Positions 36,206 through 52,269 of a stretch of DNA of 64,000 nucleotides are shown here, piece after piece; positions within the stretch are counted from its first letter, which is position 1, and every line of letters begins with the position of its first letter. The DNA is from Felis catus (lineage: Eukaryota). The translations under genes were made by a program, and so were the position numbers. The DNA is taken from assembly GCF_018350175.1 (NCBI RefSeq), contig NC_058369.1, forward strand, positions 7,442,001 to 7,506,000. Direction: 5' to 3'. The notes beneath the pieces are model-generated. The model saw only the letters and a program-made list of their open reading frames with translations. It searched no databases and was not told the DNA's origin.

Positions 36206-38365
36206 GAGTTGGAAGTCAACCCTTCTGATCCACCAGTGCTGAAGGGGCTGGGGAGATTCAGAGTGTATAGCTGAAGGGGTCCCTGGCTAGCTCCTCCTGG
36301 AAGCTATAGATATTGTCATTGCTCCGCTATTCCTGCCAGGGAGGCCTACAAGATGTATCTTGCCATGCCCTTGGGGATAGATGTCTAACCTGTAAGTGCA
36401 GACCTTCATAGCACAGGACATGAGCCATGTTATGGCAGGTCCTGTCATGGGCCACATCCTCTGTTGTGCTCCACACGCCCCTGTTGCACCCCGACACGCT
36501 CAGACGCGCTATGCTCGGACAGTCCCATGTGGGAGACACATTCTGACCTGCTCCAGCATGCCCCATGGGCTCCCGACAAAACCAGCAGCCATCCGATTCT
36601 CCTTATACAAAGGGGCATACCTGCCATGAAGACATTCCCTGTCACGTTCGAACATACTGTGCCACACACGACATGTGGGTCTCCAACCGACAGGCACACG
36701 CCCCAGCAGGCTCCAGGGAAGCTGGCAGGTCTCCAGCCTCTGCCCCTGAGTCTACACACTCGTGGCCACCTTGCCCTTCCGGATGGATTGATGGGGCGGC
36801 GGGGAGAAGGCTGTTATAAATTAAACATTGAGACACCGCCTGAGCACCAGAATCTGCCATCTACGCATTGGCTGGTTCTCTCCCAGGAGGCTTCGGGACC
36901 ACAGGGTGGGGGAGAGGGCAGGGGAAGTGGCTCATTTAATTAATTAGTCCTAATTGAGATATCTTTGTAAATATCCCTTTATTGAAGGACACGATCCCAT
37001 CATTTCCTGGGAATTTTCCGTCTCTATTTGTCTCCAGCCCCTGAGTATTGCAGAAACGACCAGAAAAGAAAGAGCAATCCACAGGGCTGCTTGAACCCTA
37101 GTCGTGCTTCTGACAATGACAGCTGCACCAAGGGACGGGCGGGGAGGCTCGGAGAGAGACACAGAGATCCAGGCGGAGTGGCGGGCGGAGAGACAGGGAG
37201 ATACGGGCAGAGAGAGATGAGAAAACTGAAACACGGGGCGGGAGGTAGGGCAACAGGCAAAGGGGAGATTGAAACAACACCCTCAGGGCCGGGTGGCAGG
37301 CTCTGAAATGCAGGAAGACGGAGAAACTTCACGACAGGGAGACCAGAAGTGGGGACAGATGGACCGTGGCTGGGCAGACAGACCTCCCTCTGCCTTTTTC
37401 TGCCGTGCCTGGTCTGCCCATCTCTTGGGCAAAGTACCCGCTGCAGCAGCAGGAACAATCAAGCCTGATTCCTCTTTGGCCCTTGCCACCCTCCCCTTCT
37501 CTCTCCCTCCCCCAATCACCCCTGCAATCATCTCCCTTGTTCAAAACGAGCTTCCGCAGCTGCAGCCCAGACAGCTGTTCCATCTTGGAGCCAGCGCTGG
37601 GGCCTGATGGCTGGGTCCTAGAGGGAGGCCCTCCTAGGTGGCAGCGGGGGAGTACGAATAGGAGGTGGAGGAAAGGGGCTCACCTGGAGCTTGGGCACCC
37701 ACCCACAGCCCACCCTGGACTCCCATTAAAGCTTGGCTCCAATCCCCACCACCCCCCCCCCCAGGGGTCCAGACACCCCGGGCCCCCTCTGGGGCCTTCA
37801 AGGGCTCGTGCTGGTCTGGCTCATCCTGTCCCACTCACTGAATCCTGAACGCACCCAACACTCGTTCTGGTTCTGTCCTGTCTCAATAACCTTCTCAGGT
37901 CTGAGAATCCTGGTCTCTTCCCCACCCCCTGTCAGAGTCCTGGATTGTGATACAGCAACTATGGTGATATAGAAATGGGATTCCAGAGAGAGAGAAACAG
38001 AGGCAGACAGAGAGATACAGACCTAGAGATGGGGATGAAAGAGATATAGAGACAGAGACGCCAAGAGACAGAGATGGCAGAATCAGAGACCAAAGAAACA
38101 CACAGAGACAAAGACAGAGACACACAGAGAGAACTTAGAGACCGACAGAAACATAGAGAGAAGACAGAGTATGACAAAGAGACACAGGCAGACAGAGGTA
38201 ATCGCCAACATCCACTCAACAAACATTTCCTGAATGGCAACCATGTGTTGTAAATACACAGTTAAGACAGAGAGAGGGGAATACAGTTAATAAGACAAAG
38301 ATACAAGAAAGAGAATGCAGAAGCAGAGACTCAAAAGACAGAATTTAACAGCAATGAAGCATCAG

Positions 38366-38563
38366 AGGTGCCTGGGTGGCTCAGTTGGTCAAGCGTCCGA
38401 CTCTTGGTTTCGGCTCAGGTCACGATCTCATGCTTCGTGAGATCAAGCTGACAGCTCGGGACCCTCTCTCGCGCTCTCTCTCTGCCTCTCCCTGGCTCTT
38501 GCTCTCTCTCTCAGAATAAATAAATAAACTAAAAATGAGTTTAAAAAAATTAAAAAAAAAAAA
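38366..38563 (+). mobile_element. Can-SINE, internally deleted
   Basis: GGTGCCTGGGTGGCTCAG head and poly(A) tail. Confidence 0.85.
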
Positions 38564-38874
38564 CAAGATCGGGAACCAGCCTGCCCCCATAGGTGGTAGC
38601 ATCTTTACTCCCACACACAGACAGACCCAACCCCACATCAAACTCTCTTAAAGCGCCCGGACCTCCCCCAGATGGCTGCTTTTCTTCCTTGCCCAGCCTT
38701 GGGACTGCTCCCCACTGTTGCTTCACAAAGGCGTCAGCTGCCCAGAGTCAGAGGGGAGAATGATGCTGGGGGCACGAAAGACACCAAGAGGCAGAAACCA
38801 GAGCATCCCTCTGGAAGAAGAAGACTATTTTAGCCACACTCAAGTGGCCCCAAGGCCTAGACCACCCTCCCTTA

Positions 38875-38895
38875 GTGGCTGTCCATGGTGCTGAC
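38875..38895 (-). promoter_or_regulatory. RE1/NRSE (REST-binding) element
   Basis: Minus strand GTCAGCACCATGGACAGCCAC versus consensus TTCAGCACCACGGACAGCGCC; both half-sites intact with canonical spacing. Confidence 0.8.
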
Positions 38896-41104
38896 GGGAT
38901 AGGCAAAGGCTGCACCTCAAACCATTTCTTACGTTGGCGTCAGACCCAGGTAGACCGGGTCTAGGGCGGTGGTCAGGAACACCTAGTGGGCTAAGGCTTC
39001 TACCTATGTCACCACATCCTCAGACACACCACTTACCGTCCCCACCCCGACACCTTCACACACCCTGTTCTCTTGGCCTCTCTCCCTCCACCTTACCAGC
39101 TTTGTCTCTGCCCAACTCTTACTCATCCTTCATGTCTCAGGGCAAATGTCACCTCTTCAGAGAAGCCTTCCCTGACCACCCCTTCCCAATTACATGCCTT
39201 CATGGCTCCATATCTTCTCCTTCATGACCCGTAACAAACTGTGATTACACAGCCATTTGCACCACTTCCACATTCACAATGTCTCCCTATGAAGTTTTAA
39301 GAGGGAAGCGACAGTCTCCCTTGTTCATTGCTCTATTCCCAGCCCCCCCACCCCCCGCACAGGACTTGGCATAGAGAGGGACTCAGTGATTGCTGGTTGG
39401 GAATGACTGTGCTCTCTGGTGGCAAGACTACCCCATATCTTTATGTGGGAAGTTGGCAAAGTGCACATTCATTGGACATCCATCCAAACAGAGAAGGATT
39501 GAGAAACAAGGACACATGAAAAGAAGCTTTAAGAAACAGATGCTTCCGATCCACTGGAAAAGACTCAGGAATCACAGAAATAGTCATCAAAGTTCAGAGG
39601 TGTCATCAGGATGAAGAAGGGGGCAGAAAGGGGGGCTGTCCCACGGGGGCAGAAAGAACGGAGACCATTCAGGAAGTACCTACAGCCCTAAATGAGAAGA
39701 TCCCAGTGATAAACAAAAGGAACAAAGTGCTTGCATGGCACTTCTATTCTGTTGGTGGCAAACAATTACCAAGATGATTTCAGATAATTATGAGTGCTGG
39801 GCAGAAAATAGAACAGGTCCAAATAGCAGTGTGGGGACATTTTAGCTGGGGTGGTCAAAGGAGGTCTCTCTGAGGAGGTGACATTTGAGCCCGGACCTGA
39901 GCAGGCTAGAGGAGGTTCCCGGAGGGTGGCACAGCAAATGCAAAGTTCCAGAGGCAGGAACACAAGAGGGATGGAGGAGTGGTCCAAGACCTGACTCAGG
40001 AAGGTGTGGTCTTGTAATACTAGCGATAATCATTACAATAACCAACCTTTATAGGCACCTTCCGTATGTCAGGTACCCTACTGAGCACAGCGTTATATGG
40101 AACATTCCACCATTATCCCCATTTTATGGATGAAGAAACTGAGGCTTAATAAGTTCGACCAGGGGAAGCGGTTTAGATTTGGTTCCAGTGAGGTGGGCAA
40201 AAGTTCAGAGGAGGCAAATTTCACACACACAATCTAGAAGGATTTTCTAATGATTACGGGTCTTTTTAGAAGTGAAACAGGCAACTTCGTACACCTTTTC
40301 TGCTCTAACCCCCTCCAGATATCCCTTCCTTCCCTTTGTGACATGGACCCTTCTGGCCACACTCCTCCCAACCTGGCACATTTGTCTCCAGGAACTCTGA
40401 ACTCCTTGGTCTCTCCCTGCTCACCAGGACGCCCATGACCTCTAAGACTTTGTTCATGCTGTTCCTTCTCGCTCTGTCTTCACCTGGCCAATTCCTTCTC
40501 AACTGTAAGACTCGATTTGAGTATCACCACCTCCAGAATAGCTCCATTGCACACCCTGGCTGGTTTCAGTGCCCTCCTCTGCAACCCCCATAACATTCCA
40601 GAAATAGTCTTCTCACCACACAGACCATGTTGTGTCACAAGTACTGAGGAGGCTGCAAACTGATTGAAGCCAGAGATGTTATTCATCTCTACATCCCATA
40701 GTCTGGGACCCTTCCCAGCGCAAAGTAGGAGCTCAATAAATATTCCCTCACACTCCGAAGCGTTTGAGCAGAAATTGGAAGTCCACAGTTTAGGAGCAGG
40801 TAAATATGGGAGGTGGGGGCCAAATCCACAATATGCCTACGTTTCTCCACCCCACTGGCCCCTATCCTGGTCCAGTCCCCATCATCACTCACCTGGACCA
40901 GTGCAGTGGCCTGCTCCCCAGTCTTCTGGCTCCTGCCTTCATCCCCCGTAGTCTTCCCTCTTCCCAGGGGCCAGAGGGAAACTGAACACCTGAGCCAAGG
41001 CCTGTCCCTCTTCTGCTCAGAACTCTCCCTGGGATCCCATTTATTGAATATCTACTGCTGTTAGACTCTATGCAGGGCACCAGGGCTACGACAGTTAACA
41101 AAAA

Positions 41105-41132
41105 TTAAAAATTGTTTTAATGTTTATTTATT

Positions 41133-41183
<51 letters not shown>

Positions 41184-41302
41184 CTGAAGCAGCCTCCAGG
41201 ATCTAAGCTGCCAGCACTGGAGGTGGAGCTCGAACTCACGAACTGTGAGATCATGACCTGAGTCGAAGTCAGATGCTTAGCCAACTGAGCCTCCCAGTCA
41301 CC
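41105..41302 (-). mobile_element. Can-SINE with long (GA)n
   Basis: Flanked by ACAGTTAA(C/T)AAAAATT duplication. Confidence 0.88.
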
Positions 41303-42084
41303 TCAACAGTTAATAAAAATTTTTTAAAAATTAATTAAAAAAATCCCTGCCCTTGGGGAGCTGACATTATGGGGGGGGGGGCAGTGAGCCAGACAACAAG
41401 ATAAAAAAGTCAAGTATGTGGAGTATATTAGAAAGTTAAAAGCACAACAGAGGAGAGGAAAGCATGAGGAGTTACAAGTGAAATGTAAAATCCCTACAAG
41501 GCTCCCCCACTTCCCTGCCCTCCCCACCCTACACCGCCTCCATCTCCCCACCTCCCTGCCCTCATCTCCCCTTTAGCTCACTCTGCTTCGGCCACTGGTT
41601 TCCTCAGTTTCTCCAACATGTCAGGCATATGCCCACCCCAGGGCCTTTGCACTTGCTCTTCCCTCTACTTGTAACTCTCTTTCTTTAGATACGAGCCCTC
41701 TCACAATTTCTTCAGATCTTTGCTCAACTGCCACCCACTCAGAAAGGTCACTCCATCTACAATAATCCCCTATCACACTCCACTCCCCCTATACTGCTCT
41801 ATGCTTCTTCATAGTACATGTATCACCATCTAAAATAAAGATTTATCTATATACTTATTTATTTCTCCCTGTCCCTGCTCTAGAATGCCAGTGCCCTGAG
41901 GACAAGGATATCTGTCTGTTTTGTTCACTGTTATATCCCAGGCACCTAGAATAGTGCCTAGCACATTGTACATGCTCAGTAAGTATTTGTTAAATAAATG
42001 GGCGAACGAACCAATGGAGGTACCCTCTAAGAATTCTTGTTACTTAGGATAAGAGGGGGGAAGGATGAGCAGGCTGGGGTACTA

Positions 42085-42451
42085 TTTATGGCTGTTCACA
42101 AATATCTGCCTACTCCTCTCTGTTCTGGTCATGGTAGGACCACACTTCCCACCCTCTTTGAAGTTAGGCATGTCACCTGTGTTGACCAATGAAATGTGAG
42201 CAAAAGTAACATTCCAGGGTAGAGCTTTAAGACCTGATGGGGGCTTGCTGCGCCTACCTTTTTCTGTTTCAATGATCATGTCGCCACAGAGCCTCCAACG
42301 TCCCAGGTCCCTGAATGACTACTATGGACAAAGTTCTCCAGCCAACCATGGATACATAGTGCCAGGGAGAAATACATCTATGTTGTATCAAACCACTGAG
42401 AACTGCAGCTGCTTGTTACCACAGTGTAACTTGACCTGTCCTGACTGATAC
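42085..42451 (+). mobile_element. Old MaLR (MLT1-family) LTR
   Basis: GACCAATGAAATGTGAGCAAAAGT...GCTTGTTACCACAG...CCTGACTGATACA. Confidence 0.65.
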
Positions 42452-45400
42452 AAAGTATCTGGGGCCTTCCCCCCACTCCCCACCCCCACGGGAAACTGTC
42501 AAGGAAAGACACGCATTCTGAGCTTTGGTTCTTGGCAGGAAGTCCTCAAAGAGCCTCTTGCGGATGGCTGCTTAGACCCTCCCCATTCCTCCCATGGGGA
42601 AAAGGGTCTTCCCCACACAGAACAACTCTTCTCTCCCCTTCCTTTTTCCAGCCCTTAAAGAGCGGTGAGTGGATGGGCAAGGACATAACATAGAAGATCC
42701 AGGTAACTGTCTTCGGGTGCAGTAATGACAGCAGCCGCTGGCAAGGGGCTGACAGTTCTTAGTCTGGTTCTGGATTTACAACCCCCAGGTGAGAAGTCAT
42801 TCCGCTGAAGGCTCCCATCCCACGGGGATGGTTTATGGCTGAGAGATGGCCAAAGGGAGTAGTGGTGGTGGCAGCTTCCTCCCTGCATCCTTCCAGAAAT
42901 GGCCTGGAACAGCACCCTTAGAATTCTTAAAAAGAATGCTAAGCTGCCTCTCCAGAACGAATCGGGGAGGGGGAGCCCGAGATGAGAATGGCCAGAGGGT
43001 CTGGGCTCACCCCCACCTCACCACTGAGGCCCTTTATCAAGTCAAAATCAGCATCCAATCTTCTGCCTTACGACTGGGGATTTCGCTACCTGGGTTCAGT
43101 TAAACCATGTTGGTGGTCTACACTTTTCTACAACTCCTTCTCATGGAGCATCTCAAATGTTCCCCTCAGTCCTTAGGAGGGTGGATTCTTGATCTAGACA
43201 CCTGACAAATATTTATCCTGTGCCTCCAATGTGCTTGGCTACAACGACAAGCAACTCCTCCTTACTGAACACCTACCATGCACCCAGCCATTTGTGTCCA
43301 TTTGAAGGTGGAATCCATGAATCCTAACGAAGATGTGATTGTTGGTTCAGTCACTTGACAAATACTTATCGTAGGCCTACTGTGCATCGGGCCTTAGGGT
43401 TCACTAATGATGTCGTCCGTGGGTCCTCATGGATCCTAGGGTCTAATGGGGACTCTAAGATTCTCCTTGACTAATGAGGATATTGAAGATTAGAGAGATT
43501 AAATAATTTCCCCCAAGGGCATACTGGTAGTAAAGCCCAGGGCCAGAATTCGAACCCAGATGTGTTTGACTTAGAGTCCTATCACTAACTGATTATCTAC
43601 TCTGTCAGCCACTGACCTGGGGCTTTTAGGCATAAACATGCTTGACATAGAGGAGGCAATCAATAGTTTTGCTGAATAAACAAAATGGATGGATGGATGG
43701 ATGAAGAAGAAACAGATGGAAGGATGGATGGGTGGCGAGCTGGACTGTAGATCTGTCAACAGTCCTGTCAGGTAGGAATTATCATTCCCATTTTATATCT
43801 GGGATACCGCAGCTCCGAGTGGTGAAGTCACGGGCGCCCAGAGTCACGAGCAAGTCATAGAACAAGAAGGCTGAGAGTGGATTCCAACCTCAGTCTACCA
43901 GACTCCCAGGATGCTTTCCAGAGTGCTCTCAGGTGACCGTGCCCTCCCCGGTCCTCCCCTAAGTCCCCCGGCACCTCACTCCACAGAGCGCTTGCGGCAA
44001 GGCTTAGTGAGACTGAGGGACGATGAGAGGGGATCGTGGAGGGAGGAAACACTACCTTTCAGCAGGTGATTTCACGGAAGCAGTGGATTGTGGTCCCATT
44101 AGCTATAGACGGGCCAGAATGGAGACCAGGTCTATTTGGGTACACGTGTGCACACACACACACACACACACACTTACAGAAAACACACGGTTCACACGGG
44201 AATCCACCCACAGGCATACAAGGCAGGCACGAACACCGTTCATAGGTACACGCTTCCACATATGTGCACACACTTCTAAAGACACACGTGTCTACACTTA
44301 CAGGTGCACAGACACATGCAATACACAAAATCGTAACTTAGAGACATAGTCTTCCACACTTACACACACATTCCCCACACACCGGATGCTGCCCATGTTA
44401 CACGCACACGTTCACACAGACTCATGTTCTCTGAAGGTGGAGGAGGGGAATCTGGTTTCTGATTTCAATGAGACACCACCTCTCTTCCCCCTCAGAAGGC
44501 AAGAGCAAGAGAGCTGTCACAGACTCACGTGTCCAAACTCGCATGGGCACACGCAACCCAGAGTCTGGGACACAGACTGCAGACACACACTTAGGCACAT
44601 CCACACCCAGACACACTCACTCAGGGACACACTCACACGCATTCTGGGACACACCTCCACACACACAGGAAGATCCACGTGGACCTTCACGCTGGCAAAG
44701 CTCATAAACTTCCTCCCTCAATTCGCACACAGCACTGTTCACACACCAAAACTCAGGCCTGGATAAGACGCTCCAGGATATACTCACATAATATCCCTCA
44801 ATGTGAGACACACGCAGAAAGACACTTTCACACGCTGGCTTCAGTTCCGAGGATTCGGACTGAAAGCCCTCACCGGTGCCAAGCCTGGTGCCACTGCACC
44901 CTCCCCCCCCCCCCAGGAGCTGGGCACAGCCTGGGCATAGGGCACGGCACCCCGATCTCCACTTGCCTTCAACCCTTGGGAGCAAAGACTTCTTTTCTTT
45001 TCCACAAGGGGAAAGAAGGACGTGGTGTGGAGGCCACTGGGGGCTGAACGGGGGAGCTGGCGAAGTTAAGGAAACAGTGAGCAGGAGAGGGAGCTCCATG
45101 CATCCCAGTCCCACCTACTGGGAGGGGTCCCGCAAACAGACTGAAGAGGGGAAGAGATGGGAGGGGAGGACCAAGTCTGGACGAGGCTGAGGGAAGTTTG
45201 TAGCGGAGGCTGACCCCTCTCCCCAGGTCACCAGGAACACCGGGAGTGATCACGATGGAGTCTCCCTGCCACCCACCCCTCCCAAAAGCTCTGTGGCCAG
45301 GGAAGCTGGAGGATGAAGGGGACAGAGGAGGATAGAATGGGATGAGGGAAGGGGCAGTCCCGTGCTTCTGGGGCACTGTCAGCCTTCGCTCCGGCGCCCC

Positions 45401-45719
45401 CCCAAGTCTGAGACCCGTCTGCCTCCTAGAGAGTGCGAGTTCTGGGGATAAATATTCAGCACATGGTGAAGCAGGTAACCAGAAAGGAGATGCGGGGTGG
45501 CGGGGGTGCGGGGGAGAGAAAAAGAAAAAAAAAGAGATAGGTACAAAGTCAGAGACAGCGCAACAGAGATAGACACAGACAGGGAGAGACAGAGAGAGGC
45601 AAACCAGAGGCAAAAGAATGGACAGAGAGAGGCAGAAAAAGACAGAGAGGGAGACGGGACGACTCAGAGATGCACAGACAGGCAGAGATCCGGAAGGTGG
45701 AGAGATCCGGAAGGTGGAG

Positions 45720-47680
<1,961 letters not shown>

Positions 47681-49129
47681 AGGGGGTAGGGGGCTTGAAC
47701 TGCCCTTCTTTCTGAGCTTAACACGGAGAGGCAGGTGCTGACCCTCTGTGACCTCCAGCAAAGACCTCTCCGCCTCAGTTTCCTCACCTGCAATGTGGGT
47801 GGTGGTAAAGGGCTAGGGTGTCCTGAGAGTCAAGTGAAAGATTTATTGAACATCTACTATGTGCAAGGCACTGTGAACAACAGATAAAAAATGCCCGTCT
47901 TTGTGGAGCTGCTGAACTTTACATGGGGTGAGACTGACGAGATAGGAGAGGGGAAAGTAAAATATATAGGCTATGGGGAGGAAGGGGCATCCAGACCAAA
48001 TAGGAGAGTAAACTTTAGCCAGGAGGGTTGCGGAGTGACACTTGGGCAGAAACTTGAAGAAGGTGAGGGAGGGAGCCATTGGGATATCCGAGGGAAGAGT
48101 GCCAGACAAGAACAGCAAGTGCAAAGGCCCTGGGGCAGGAACACAAGTATTCAAGGAACAGGCCAGTGTGGTTGGAGGAGAGCCAGCTGCAGGAAAGTGG
48201 GGTCCGGAGGGGGAAGACGGGCTTCTAAAGTACTTTGCAGGGTGTCTGGGACATGGTGTTTCATAAGCAGTCGCTGCCATTGTTATTATTTGCGACTGAT
48301 GATAAGCTCTAAAAAATGAGATGTGTCCTTGCCTCCTTGTACTACAGCTCACATTTACAAGTGCTGAACGCTTTGCAAATGTGCTGGCTGAGCACCGGCT
48401 GCAACCTCCCTATTTGCAGGTGAGGAAACTGGGCTCAGAGAGGAGAGGGGACCAGCTCAAGGTGACCCAGCAGGTAAATAGGGGGCCCAGAGTTTGAACC
48501 CAGGTGTGTCTGATTTCAGACTCCAAAACCACTGGGCTCCAAGGTCTCCCAGCTTAGAGGATTTGGAACCCACTGATAACCCTCTCACTCTCTCACCATG
48601 GGTACTGTGGGAAACTACCCTAGCTCCTTGCTGTCAAGCTTCTCCAGGGAGTGGTCTACACTCCCATCTGCATCTGCTGCCTCCACTCCCTCACCTCCTA
48701 CCTCCTGAATGTTTCCAAACTCCTTTCACTGAAGGCAGCGGCGGCCTTCCGATTTGCCAGTCCCACAGCCTCATTTAGTCTCACAGGTTAGTCTTCACGG
48801 ATCATTCCCTCTTTCTTAAAAGTAATTTCTCTTTTGATTTCGGAGACACTTTATTATTTCCTAGTTCTGCCCCCACCTCTCTGTCTCCTGCCTTCTCCCT
48901 AAATGTCTGCAACTCACGGGGTCTTGTCCTGGGTCCCCACTCCTCTCATTCTGTATACTGGGCCTGGATCATCACCCCCCACTCGCAAAGTCTTGGTTCT
49001 ATCTGGCATACTCCCACCTCAGGACCTTTGTACCTGCTGTGCCCTGCTTGCTCTCTACTTTACCCAGAACGTTATTACCACAGATACGCATATAGCTGCC
49101 TCTTTACTTCATTTATATCTCTGCTTTAT

Positions 49130-49557
49130 TATTCTGTGGGTCAGAGCCATGCCCTACCTTTCTCCAGAGAACTACATTTCCCAGGTTCCCTTGCACACTG
49201 GTTTCCTGTTAGGTTCACCCAAAGGGAGGCACTGAAAGGAGACTGGAGGGGAGGGAGGAGGGGAGAGGCCAAGGTATTTCTCCCCTCTCTTTCTGCTTGG
49301 GGTTGTGGTGTGTTCTTACAGTGGCCACACCCCCTCCATGGTCCCACAACCACACAAGAGCTCCTTCCTCACCACAACACCCATTTATCGGGTCCCTTAA
49401 GCAGCCTTGTGCTGTGGCTTATTGCTGGATTCCCTGATCATCCCATCAGTTCGGCTTCTCAACTCTTCCATCTTACACTTAACCAATTCCCTGTATTGAA
49501 TTTCCTCTTTTGAAAACACCTAGAGTGCTTCGTTTCCCTCACTGAACTCTGAGTGAC
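49130..49557 (+). mobile_element. ERVL LTR33/LTR41-like solo LTR
   Basis: AACTACATTTCCCAGGTTCCCTTGC...CCTGTTAGGTT...AATTCCCTGTATTGAATT. Confidence 0.6.
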
Positions 49558-49969
49558 ACGGCCACTCTGAAAAGACCGTCCCTGGCCACCTCATTGATGA
49601 TATGAGTCCACACCACTCTCTGTCCCTTACTCTGCTCTATTTTCTTGAACAGCACTGATCACCACGGGACGTTACTTTTGTTATGATCTGTCTTGTCCAT
49701 AAGACTTTCAACTTCACAAGGGCACCTACGTGCCTGTATTTTTCACAACGAAACCCCAGGGCTTAGAATAGTGCTTGGCACGTGTATAGCAGGTGCTCAA
49801 AAAAATGTTGTTGACTGACTGACTAAATGAACCCGTGGCTGAGGCTCCCAAAGGTATATCTACAGCTCAGCTCTCCAACTGGAGTTCAGACCCCTCTGCC
49901 CATCAGCTTCGTGGGCATTTCCATTTGTCTCTCACAGAACTAACTGCACGACACCCACCAGCAAAAACT

Positions 49970-50850
49970 CAATCAGAAAGACAGGCAGTGCTGGTGATGA
50001 TGTGGAGAAATGGGAACCCATTGCTAGTGGGAATATAAAATGTTACGACCACTTTGAGAAACAATTTAGCAGTCTCTTAACACATTAAACAGAAGCTTAC
50101 CATAAGACCCAACAATTCCGTCTGCCCGAGAGAAATAAGGGCATACGTCCATGGAAAGACTTGTATGTGAATATTCACGCAAGTATTTTCCATCGTGAAC
50201 GAAGCTATCCAAATGCCCATCAACTAGCGAATGGATTAAAAAATTGTGGTACGCCCATACAAGGGAATGTTACTCAGCAATAAAAAGGAACAAACTACAG
50301 ATATACACTACAGCGTGGATGAGCCTCAAAAATATTTTGCTGGGGCACCTGGGTGGCTCAGCCAGCTAAGCATCCAATCTTGATTTCAGTTCAGGTCGTG
50401 ATCTCACGGTTGTGAGAACGAGCTCCCTCCATCAGGCACTGTGCTGAGCGTGAAGCCTGCTTGAGATTCTCTCTCTCCCTCTGTCCCTCCCTGCTCATGA
50501 GTGCAAGCACTCTCTCTCTCTCTCTCTCTCAAAAAATTAATTAAAATAAATTAAAAAGAAAATATTGCTAAGTGAAAGAAACCAGATACAAAAACCGTGT
50601 TTTGTATGGTTCCATCTACACACACACTGTCCAGAAAAGGCGAATCAACAGAGGCAGAAGTTAGATTAGTGACTGTCTGGAACTGGGGGTGGGAGGGGGG
50701 ATGGACTGCAAATGGGCATGAGGGATCTTTTTGGGGTGACGGAAATGTCCTAAAACTGGCTTGGGGTGACGTTTGCACAACTCCACACATTTACTAAAAA
50801 GTCGCCGAATTGCACACTGAAACAGGTAGATTTCATGGCATGTAAACTGT
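49970..50850 (+). mobile_element. Old L1 3' fragment interrupted by a Can-SINE (50343-50560)
   Basis: L1 3' motifs GATGTGGAGAAATGGGAAC, TACTCAGCAATAAAAAGGAA and GGATCTTTTTGGGGTGACGGAAATGT; SINE flanked by AAAATATT(TT)GCT. Confidence 0.8.
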
Positions 50851-51006
50851 TAAGAGGGCATTCTTAAATTTCCCCTGCAAGCCCTCTCCCTGAGGTGCCC
50901 TACAGTTGTGCTGATGTCAGAATGAGTCCTTAAATTTTGTGCCCCAGCTTCCTTGCTTGCCTCACCCTGGTCCTGGCCCAAATAGATCCACAGTTAGAAA
51001 CTATCG

Positions 51007-51435
51007 AGGCGCCTGAGTGGCTCAGTTGGTGAAGCGTCCGACTTCGGCTCAGGTCATGAGCTCACAGTTTGTGGGTTCAAGCCCTGCACCGGACCCCATG
51101 CTGACAGCCTGAAGCCAGCTTCAGATTCTCTGTCTCTGTCTCTCTCTGCCCCTCCCCCACTCACACTCTGTCTCTTTTTCCTTCAAAAACAAATAAACAT
51201 TAAAAAGATTAACAAATAGGGGCGCCTGGGTGGCGCAGTCGGTTAAGCGTCCGACTCCAGCCAGGTCACGATCTCGTGGTCCGTGAGTTCGAGCCCCACG
51301 TCGGGCTCTGGGCTGATGGCTCAGAGCCTGGAGCCTGTTTCCGATTCTGTGTCTCCCTCTCTCTCTGCCCCTCCCCCGTTCATGCTCTCTCTCTGTCCCA
51401 AAAATAAATAAACGTTGAAAAAAAAATTTAAAAAA
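51007..51435 (+). mobile_element. Two tandem Can-SINEs; the second (51219-51435) is a young SINEC_Fc-type element in the tail of the first
   Basis: ATTAACAAATA duplication flanks the second copy, which retains its CpGs. Confidence 0.9.
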
Positions 51436-51617
51436 AATTAACAAATAAATATTAAAACAACCCAAAAGTATAGTCTGTGCCCCCATGAACCTTCCTTCTC
51501 CTTCCCTACTCCATCCAAACCAGCACCAATGCCCCCTGATCTTGATGCAGAAATATCTCCAGAAAGTATCCCTTCTTCTCCATCATCATTCTCACTCTAA
51601 GCACTGTGTTGGAGAGT

Positions 51618-51941
51618 ACTACAGGTTGAATAGTTATGTCCCCCGCCCCAAAGTCCTATGTTGAAACCTAACCCCCAATGTGACGGTATTTGGAGAGGGG
51701 CCTTTGGGAGCTGATTAGGTCATGAGGTGGGGCCCCCATGAATGAATTGGTGTCCTTATAGAAGAGACTCGGAGAGCTCTCTCTCCCTCCCACCGTGTAA
51801 GGACAGAACGAGAAGACATCAAATCTGCCAGCTCTTTGATCTGGAACTTCCAGCCTTCAGAACTGTGAGAAATAAATGTCTGTGGTTTATAGGACTCTCA
51901 GTCCATGGTATACCATTAGAGCAAGTTGAGTGCACCAGGAC
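51618..51941 (+). mobile_element. MaLR (MLT1A-like) solo LTR
   Basis: TGTTGAAACCTAACCCCCAATGTG...GAACTTCCAGCCTTCAGAACTGTGAGAAATAAATG. Confidence 0.8.
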
Positions 51942-52269
51942 CAGGAGCTACAGAAAGAAATGTTTTTTCCCTTCACCTGAAGATTCTCAGGAGGGGAAGA
52001 GTTCACAACGGTCAGAAACACTAACAGTGGTTGCTAAGGCTTGTTGAGTACTTTATCGTGTACTAGGTATCATTTGCAGGAATTTACATGTCATAACTCA
52101 CTTAGCCCTCAGACTATCACTGAGTAGAAGTAGACAGGATTACAAGACTAGATAGGATTATAATTCCCATTTTTAAAATGAGGAAACAGAGGCACTGAGA
52201 TGCTAAGATATTTCCCAAAGGCCCCCAGGATACTACACCAGACAGTCAAGCTCCAGAGTTTACATGGTG

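Noticed and set aside
37980..38350. GA-rich strand-biased tract, and similar CA-rich tracts at 44140-44830 and 62340-62760
   Set aside because: Ordinary degenerate simple-sequence DNA with no structure beyond low complexity.
45455..45475. TTCAGCAC RE1 left-half match
   Set aside because: The GGACAG right half is missing.
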